Virus record (IMG/VR): IMGVR_UViG_2920970810_000002
DNA from: an uncultured virus (IMG/VR IMGVR_UViG_2920970810_000002)
Lineage: Duplodnaviria; Heunggongvirae; Uroviricota; Caudoviricetes
Reading direction: 5' to 3' (one strand)
Length of the DNA stretch: 64,000 nt
In this document: positions 58,175 through 64,000 of the stretch, one piece after another
Layout of the letters: each line of letters starts with the position of its first letter
How positions within the stretch are numbered: the stretch's first letter is position 1
The notes under the pieces: generated by a model
The model's database searches: none
What the model was told of the DNA's origin: nothing
Seen by the model: the letters and a program-made list of their open reading frames with translations, nothing else
Program-made: the position numbers and the translations under genes

Positions 58175-59065
58175 TCAGGCGTTTTCGGAAATGGCAGGGG
58201 CGTCGGAGGTCGCAGCGGTCGCGGCCGGGGGCGCCCTGCGATAGGCCAGCCGTTCGCAAGCCGGCTTCACGGGGCCGCGGATCTTGGCCATCAGGCGGCC
58301 GAGATGCGGCTCCTCGATCAGGTCGAGACGGCCGGATCGATCCTTCGCCGGGAAATTGCAGGGGTTGATCGTCTGGCAGACGAAGGCACGGTACGGCGCG
58401 CCGGCGTCGTCCTTGATCTCCGCCATCGTCAGGACTTCATCGACGATGCCCGGCAGCTCGAGGCCGGTCTTCGCGCCGTCGATCTGCGGCTGGAAGATGC
58501 GTCGATTGAAGTCGTCGAGCTTCTCGTCGAGGATCCCGACGAACCAGACGTTCTTCGCCCGCGTGTGCTGCAGATGCGTGAGCCACGCGATCATCTCGCG
58601 GCCGTGCAGGCCATAGGCGCCGCGGACATCGGGCTTGCCGGTCTTCTCCGAGAATGCCTCGGGCTGCCCCTTGCACCATTGGAAGCAGAGCCGCCCGGCG
58701 ACGGTGATCGAGTCGATGAAGACCGTGTGGTAGCGGTCGAGCGCAGCCGGATCGCCGAAGCGCTCGCACACCGCCGCGAAGTGGGCCTCGCTGTAGACCT
58801 GGTCGTCCCGCAGCGCCGGATTGGGGCCGCCGATGAAGACCGCGAAGTCGCGGCATTCAGCCCATGTGCGCGGCCGGACGCTGTCGCCGGACCATCCCTC
58901 GATGGCGAGGTCGCCCGCCTCCAGGTCGATGAACAATGTAGTGGCGGGGTCGAGCGTCCAGAGAAGCGAGGTCTTGCCGATCCCGGACTTGCCGAAGATC
59001 GTGCCCTTGATGCCGCGCGGCTCGGCGAGCCGCTGGTCGGCGGAGATGATCGGGAGGGCCATCAC
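58175..59065 (-). CDS. AAA_24/Sak4-like ATPase
   Basis: GKSGIGKT, FIDSIT, AKDRSG. Confidence 0.85.
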   Translation of the reverse strand: MMALPIISADQRLAEPRGIKGTIFGKSGIGKTSLLWTLDPATTLFIDLEAGDLAIEGWSGDSVRPRTWAECRDFAVFIGGPNPALRDDQVYSEAHFAAVCERFGDPAALDRYHTVFIDSITVAGRLCFQWCKGQPEAFSEKTGKPDVRGAYGLHGREMIAWLTHLQHTRAKNVWFVGILDEKLDDFNRRIFQPQIDGAKTGLELPGIVDEVLTMAEIKDDAGAPYRAFVCQTINPCNFPAKDRSGRLDLIEEPHLGRLMAKIRGPVKPACERLAYRRAPPAATAATSDAPAISENA

Positions 59066-59358
59066 TTGCCTCCCTTCGTCGCGATCAGGGCGTCGATCGC
59101 GACGTCCGCGCCGAGCGCGCCGGCCTTGCGGGCCTCGTCGTGGAGGGTGCGCACCGCGTCGATTTCTCGGTAGAGGGCCGATGCCCGCTCGTTCAGACCG
59201 ATGAGGGCAAATGCCAGGTCGTCGATCGAGGCCGTCCCGACCGGCTTGACGGTCTCGTCGCGACGCTCGCCAAGGGCCGGCACCCGGATGGTCTCGGGCA
59301 GCTTTTCCAGCCCGTAATGGTGCTCGCGGAGCACCGCGAGCTTCTTCGTGATGCTCAT
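59062..59358 (-). CDS. Hypothetical protein
   Basis: Translationally coupled to both neighbours. Confidence 0.75.
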   Translation of the reverse strand: MSITKKLAVLREHHYGLEKLPETIRVPALGERRDETVKPVGTASIDDLAFALIGLNERASALYREIDAVRTLHDEARKAGALGADVAIDALIATKGGK

Positions 59359-59843
59359 GTCGTCACCTCGCCGTTCAGGGAAAGACGGAAGCTGGGCTTG
59401 CCGGTGCGGACGGTGCGCGCGTCCTCGAAGGCGGAGCGGATGTGGCTCGGCCAGGCCGCGAACTTGCGCTCGGGCACCTTGATCGCGACATCGACGTATT
59501 CACCGGGGTCGTCGCCCTCGGCCCGGATGCGTTCGACGAGAGCGGCGAGCTTGTCCTGGTCCCAGTCGACGCGCTTCGGCAGATCGGCGATCACGGTGAC
59601 CGCGCCGTCATCGAAGCGGACCGTGCCGGTGTCTTTGCCGGCAGTCTGGCGCGCTGCGTGGGCACGATCGCCGTACTTGAGCGCGACGGCCCCATCGAGC
59701 CAGTCGCAGACGGTCTTGGCGCGGCGCAGGGCGTCGGCGGCATCGTCCTGCAAGAGGGCGAGTTGCTCGGCGGGCAGAGCGGCGATGTCGCCGACGGCCA
59801 TGCGGCGGAGCTCATCGAGGGAGATACGGTTTGAGATCGTCAT
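59355..59843 (-). CDS. Conserved phage replication-region protein
   Basis: GKDTGTV, PKRVDWDQ, VPERKF..WP. Confidence 0.75.
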   Translation of the reverse strand: MTISNRISLDELRRMAVGDIAALPAEQLALLQDDAADALRRAKTVCDWLDGAVALKYGDRAHAARQTAGKDTGTVRFDDGAVTVIADLPKRVDWDQDKLAALVERIRAEGDDPGEYVDVAIKVPERKFAAWPSHIRSAFEDARTVRTGKPSFRLSLNGEVTT

Positions 59844-59853
59844 CACCGCCCCC

Positions 59854-60063
59854 TCACGCCGCAGGCTTGCTTGGGTGGTCGGCGGTACTCGCGCGGATCT
59901 GCTCGCGCTCGTACTCCTCGACGTCTTCGAGGCGATACACGACGCGACCGCCGAGCTTGACGAAGCGCGGGCCTTCGCCCGTCCAGCGCCAGCGCTCAAG
60001 CGTGCGGTGGCTGATGTTCCAGCGCGCAGCCAGGTCGATCTGGTTGAGGTGTTTCGTAGCCAT
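59854..60063 (-). CDS. AlpA/excisionase-like HTH protein
   Basis: LAARWNISHRTLERWR..G.GP.F.KLG.RV.Y; AAGGAG RBS. Confidence 0.88.
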   Translation of the reverse strand: MATKHLNQIDLAARWNISHRTLERWRWTGEGPRFVKLGGRVVYRLEDVEEYEREQIRASTADHPSKPAA

Positions 60064-60182
60064 CTGATTCTCCTTCGGTTTTGGTCGAAAACCTGCGGAG
60101 ACGATGGACGAGGCCGGGGGAGGAGCCGGGGAGGAGCCAGGGAGGAGATACGGGAGGAATGCAGTCCGAGTGGCCAAAAACC

Positions 60183-60208
60183 AAAAAGGCCGCCCCGAAG
60201 GACGGCCT
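60183..60208 (-). terminator. Intrinsic terminator
   Basis: AGGCCGTCC-TTCG-GGGCGGCCT-TTTT after the 60230 gene. Confidence 0.75.
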
Positions 60209-60229
60209 AGTTTCGAGAGGCTTTCAGTG

Positions 60230-61177
60230 TCACACCTCGAGCCAGCAGTTGGATCCGCTCTCTCTGATCACCTCTTGCCAGGTGGGGTGGCCACCGAAGA
60301 GATCCTTCAATCGCTTCACCGATGGCCCGCACTCGGCTTCCTCCAGGATGCGCGCGACGGGCAGCACGGGGTCGCCGCCCAGCCAGGCTTCGGCGAGCAT
60401 GGCCACGGCGATCTTCTGTTTACCGCCAGTGAACTCATGCCACGTGCCATGCACGATCAGCACGCCGCCATCGCCGGAGACCCAGACGGGCCCTTTGTGC
60501 GAAGGCCCCTTCAGCAGGCGTGCGGCCAGGACTTCCGGTGCGACAGCGAGGCCATCCTCGTGATCGACGACATCCGCCAGCGCGACGAACTCATGGCCCC
60601 TTATGAAGCTGAGGCGATGCCGATCCGGAGGATCGAGGAAAAGGACCACGCGCAGGCCTTCGGGGGGACGGCGCGTGACGAGTTGACGGAACTCCTCGAA
60701 AACCGCCGGCGCCGTCAGACCTCGGGCGACCCAGATCCCAGCGCGCGCCCTGCGCTTCGGCAGCCGCGCCGTCCCAAAGTCCATCACCGCACCATCAAGG
60801 GATGGCACGGGGTCATCACCGAGCGAGCAGTCGAGCCGGGCGGCCACTCGCCGGGCTGTGGCCGACATGTCCAGTGCATAGACCCGGCGACGGGCAGTGA
60901 AGTGCTCATCCTGCCACGCCTCATTGCCGAGATGCCCATGACGCCCCGTGATCGGGTGAACGATGACGGACGTCGGGGTGTCGTCCAGATCGTCCTCGGC
61001 GACGACGGCCATGGTGCTGCCGCGCGGCACGAGCAGTCCCGCTTCGATCAGCTGCTTTCCGGCGCCGCGCTTGTGGGCGAGGGCCATGGCCGAGACCCGC
61101 GCGTCGCGGGTCCCGGCGATGGACGAGAGCAGCCGGCGGGCGGCGAGATCAATCCTCGAAGAGCTGCAGGTCATCAA
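60230..61177 (-). CDS. Hypothetical protein (possible C-terminal winged helix)
   Basis: 315-aa ORF overlapping the upstream gene. Confidence 0.7.
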   Translation of the reverse strand: MMTCSSSRIDLAARRLLSSIAGTRDARVSAMALAHKRGAGKQLIEAGLLVPRGSTMAVVAEDDLDDTPTSVIVHPITGRHGHLGNEAWQDEHFTARRRVYALDMSATARRVAARLDCSLGDDPVPSLDGAVMDFGTARLPKRRARAGIWVARGLTAPAVFEEFRQLVTRRPPEGLRVVLFLDPPDRHRLSFIRGHEFVALADVVDHEDGLAVAPEVLAARLLKGPSHKGPVWVSGDGGVLIVHGTWHEFTGGKQKIAVAMLAEAWLGGDPVLPVARILEEAECGPSVKRLKDLFGGHPTWQEVIRESGSNCWLEV

Positions 61178-62336
61178 CCAGGATCCCCCAGCGCCGAAGG
61201 TACTTCTCGCCGATCATCTGCTCGGCCGCGGTGCGATCCTTCAGATCGCAGCCATGCGGCCAGGTGATCGTCAGGGTCAGCGTGCGCCGCCTGTCACCTC
61301 CCGGGCGCCGGGCAAGCTTCACGGCGATCTTGGCCCGCGTGACGACGTACCCTTCGCTCAGGGGCGTGCGATCTCCGAACTTCTCTTCCGCCTTCGCCCA
61401 TATCGTTTCGTCAGCGCGCGCGGGCTTCTCCAGCGTCACCCTGAAATCACTGTCGTCGATCGGCATCAGGCGCAGCTCGCGCACCTCGACACCCTCGATC
61501 CCGTCCTCGGGGTCGACCGGGAAGTCGTACGGCGTCAGCAGCACGGAAAGGTCGTAGCACCGCAGGGGCAGGCGGTTCTCCCTGAACTCGATGCCAAGGA
61601 GGTGCGTGACCGTCGCCTTCACGATCTCGCTCCGCGTCACCTTGTCGTTGGCGATCACCTCGATGCCACCTGTTGCGGGCTCATAGGTCACCGCGGCCTC
61701 GAACACGGGACGATAAGCCTGCCGCACGAGGGATCCCTTATCGTCGAAGCGCAGCAGATCGTCGGGCCGTCCCTCGCGGTAGATCGTCACCTGCACGAGG
61801 TCGCATTCGTCGCCCTCATGGGTCGTCCTCACCCGGTCGAAGATGTCGACATGGGCATGGGCGGCGCCCGAGAACTCCTTGATCGCGGAGACAAAGGCAT
61901 GGCGGGCCGACGCGTCGCGTTGCACGACGCATCCGGCGTCGGTCATGTAGCCGGCCCACATCCGGCCGCGCCGGCGGTCCTCCGTGAAGCGAACCTCTTC
62001 GGCATGGCGGAACCGGTCCTGCGCGTTGAGGAACATCCAGAGCGACCGCGCGTGCGGGTTCGCGAGGCCGTCGAGGAAGGCGGGATCCTCGGCCACGCTG
62101 TAGATCGCGGCTTGCCCCGGCTCGTCGGACAGGGCATGGACGCGCTCAGCGTCATTGGAGATGCGGTCGCGCTGGACGCGGGACATCTTCTCGATGGCGC
62201 CGAGAAGCGGCCTGGACAGCGCGGCCTCCGGCACGCTCCAGTCGAACTCGGTGGGCAGGCCGATCTCCGGCCGGTCGAAGTATTCGCGCAGCGCCTCACC
62301 GGGCGTCTTGCGAAGGAAGGCGGAAAGAGCGGTCAT
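61149..62336 (-). CDS. Hypothetical protein
   Basis: 395-aa ORF with AAGGAG RBS. Confidence 0.8.
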   Translation of the reverse strand: MTALSAFLRKTPGEALREYFDRPEIGLPTEFDWSVPEAALSRPLLGAIEKMSRVQRDRISNDAERVHALSDEPGQAAIYSVAEDPAFLDGLANPHARSLWMFLNAQDRFRHAEEVRFTEDRRRGRMWAGYMTDAGCVVQRDASARHAFVSAIKEFSGAAHAHVDIFDRVRTTHEGDECDLVQVTIYREGRPDDLLRFDDKGSLVRQAYRPVFEAAVTYEPATGGIEVIANDKVTRSEIVKATVTHLLGIEFRENRLPLRCYDLSVLLTPYDFPVDPEDGIEGVEVRELRLMPIDDSDFRVTLEKPARADETIWAKAEEKFGDRTPLSEGYVVTRAKIAVKLARRPGGDRRRTLTLTITWPHGCDLKDRTAAEQMIGEKYLRRWGILVDDLQLFED

Positions 62337-62417
62337 GCTGGTCTCCTTTCGTGGTGCATCCGCGGAGTGGCTAATCCGCTAATTAGCGTATTTAGCACCC
62401 GCGCGGAGTCAATCGAA

Positions 62418-62439
62418 AAAATACGCTTTTCCGCGAATT
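62418..62439. promoter_or_regulatory. Repeated promoter/operator, copy 1
   Basis: 19/22 identical to 63532-63553. Confidence 0.6.
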
Positions 62440-62452
62440 GACGGATTCTCTG

Positions 62453-63169
62453 CTAGAAAAGAGAGGGTTGGCTGCTGGAGGAGACCAGTAGGCTCAGCTT
62501 CAAAAGGCGGACTCGCGCGGCATCCTCTGAGACCGCGAATCGGTCCATGACTGCACGGATAAGTGCGCAGCCATCCTCCGATGCCTGGTGTATCGAGCCG
62601 TGCAGTCCTCGCGGCTCGCAATAATCCGAGACAAGGCGGCGCAGCTGAGTCGCGGGCATAAGGATCGCCCCGCTGACGTATCCAGCCTGCCATTCCATCC
62701 AGTCGTACTGGGACGCGCTTATGATGCTGTCGCGCTTGCAGATGGCCTTGTTCTCGATGCTCTTGCGATCGAACAGATGCCGAGCGATGAACTTTTCCGC
62801 CCAGAGATGGCGGTGGAAATACACATGCCCAAACTCGTGGGCGAGGGTCGTCCGCAGCCTATTCTCCCGTCGCGAGTCGTTGGCCAGTTTCTCCGAGATG
62901 GAGACCTTCGTTCTTCCTTCCGGAAAGAACTCGGTCATGCCTTCAACGTCGTCCCCGAAGTCCGATAGGTCGGCGTAAGCATCAAGTTCCGATTCGTGCT
63001 GCTCAATCAGCACTTCGAGATCATCCGTCCGTACAGGAAAATCGACGGAGCCACGACGGCCGCGCAAGAGGGCGGAGACAATCCGCTCACACTCGCGGTC
63101 AAGCTCTTGGGCGGAGTAGTGTGGCCTCTCCGCGAACCGTCCAGTCTTGTCGGGCACCATCCTAACCAA
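62453..63169 (-). CDS. ImmA/IrrE metallopeptidase
   Basis: RTTLAHEFGH, EWQA...ILMP, FAVSEDAARVRL. Confidence 0.9.
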   Translation of the reverse strand: MVRMVPDKTGRFAERPHYSAQELDRECERIVSALLRGRRGSVDFPVRTDDLEVLIEQHESELDAYADLSDFGDDVEGMTEFFPEGRTKVSISEKLANDSRRENRLRTTLAHEFGHVYFHRHLWAEKFIARHLFDRKSIENKAICKRDSIISASQYDWMEWQAGYVSGAILMPATQLRRLVSDYCEPRGLHGSIHQASEDGCALIRAVMDRFAVSEDAARVRLLKLSLLVSSSSQPSLF

Positions 63170-63179
63170 GGCGACTACC

Positions 63180-63533
63180 TCAATTCGTAATGTTCTTTCT
63201 GAAATTTGCGAAGCTCTTCACGATCTTATCTCGATCCTTCGCCTTTTCTCGCACGTCATCAGGGATCTTTCCGGCCAGCACGAAAAGGTAGCCCTCGTCC
63301 TCATCGAGGATCGTTGCAAACTGCTTGATCAGGTGATCGGACGTGGGGCTCCGGCGGTCATGCTCGATGTCATTGAGGTACTGCGGCGAAATCGGGCCGC
63401 CGCCTTCCTCCTTCTTCACAAGTGCCGCGAGCTCCTTCTGGCTGAGGCCCTTTGCCTTGCGCGCCTTGGAGATCGCCTGACCAAAGGTCATGGATTGGGC
63501 TGACATCGCGGCTATCCTTTCGACTCCAACCAA
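63180..63533 (-). CDS. XRE-family repressor (start probably 63506)
   Basis: FGQAISKARKAKGLSQKELA...SPQYLNDIEHDRR. Confidence 0.9.
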   Translation of the reverse strand: MVGVERIAAMSAQSMTFGQAISKARKAKGLSQKELAALVKKEEGGGPISPQYLNDIEHDRRSPTSDHLIKQFATILDEDEGYLFVLAGKIPDDVREKAKDRDKIVKSFANFRKNITN

Positions 63534-63553
63534 AATACGCTTGTTCGCGGATT
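63532..63553. promoter_or_regulatory. Repeated promoter/operator, copy 2
   Basis: AAAATACGCTTGTTCGCGGATT. Confidence 0.6.
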
Positions 63554-63660
63554 AGCGAAGTGTTACTCCTTATCCCGCAGTTGGATCAACCATTATGCAG
63601 TGCAGCCGGCCCGGGCGTTTGCGCGACAAGGCCAGACTTGCCTGACTGGAGGGGGCAAAC

Positions 63661-64000
63661 ATGCCGACTGTCGGCTGGATCCGTGAGGGAGATCTCGATG
63701 CCTTCTACGAAGGCACCGAGAGAGTTCCTGACCCAGCCCCTCACAAAGCGCGGACGTTTGCCTGCCCTTTCTGTCCGTCCATCCTCACGACGCAGCTCGA
63801 CCTCCACGACCATGTGTACGCCAGGCACCGCGTCGAACGGCCGGTCATCATGCTGCCAGGTGGCGAGCCAACCGGGAACGACGTGATCCGTGCACCACTT
63901 CATGAGTCGGACGTGATGCTTACGAATACGAGCTTCGCAAGAGTTAGTGTCGACGGGGCAATGTCGCGCCAGGTGTCCCCAAAAGAGCTGCCGGAAATCC
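63661..64000 (+). CDS. Partial ORF with C2H2 zinc-finger spacing (runs off the window)
   Basis: GGAGG RBS; open to the window end; CPFC-x12-H-x4-H. Confidence 0.65.
   Translation, partial: MPTVGWIREGDLDAFYEGTERVPDPAPHKARTFACPFCPSILTTQLDLHDHVYARHRVERPVIMLPGGEPTGNDVIRAPLHESDVMLTNTSFARVSVDGAMSRQVSPKELPEI

Larger units (their letters stand above)
10647..63533 (-). mobile_element. Lambda-like siphoviral prophage with GTA-like tail genes (ends not defined, may include the RM locus)
   Basis: Colinear immunity, replication, packaging, head, tail and lysis modules on the - strand; the last lysis gene is split by the IS66 and resumes at 10971. Confidence 0.85.

Noticed and set aside
63586..63903. 105-aa - strand ORF
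   Set aside because: Overlaps a better-supported + strand ORF with an RBS at 63661

Overview
High-GC, probably alphaproteobacterial DNA (inference from gene content) with three nested layers. (1) 345-10660, + strand: a type I restriction-modification operon (HTH, hsdM, hsdS, hsdR). It is expanded by a GmrSD-like DUF262/HNH nuclease and a PRTase-like gene, and a NADAR domain is fused to the N-terminus of HsdS. (2) 10980-19236: an IS66-family element. Its inverted repeats and 8-bp target duplication (ACAACTTC) enclose tnpABC plus about 5.6 kb of cargo (chrA, Tat-type SOD, PAP2-like, methyltransferase, alpha-amylase). The cargo is arranged as two units, each bracketed by a recurring X...Y pair of sequence motifs. 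(3) About 10647-63533, mostly - strand: a lambda-like siphoviral prophage with GTA-like tail genes, replication and immunity modules, a cos-like site, two lysis cassettes, a dual-frame C5 methyltransferase and four type II toxin-antitoxin pairs. The IS66 interrupts the last lysis gene. No integrase, att site, tRNA, rRNA or CRISPR array was recognised. All protein calls come from motif reading, not database searches.
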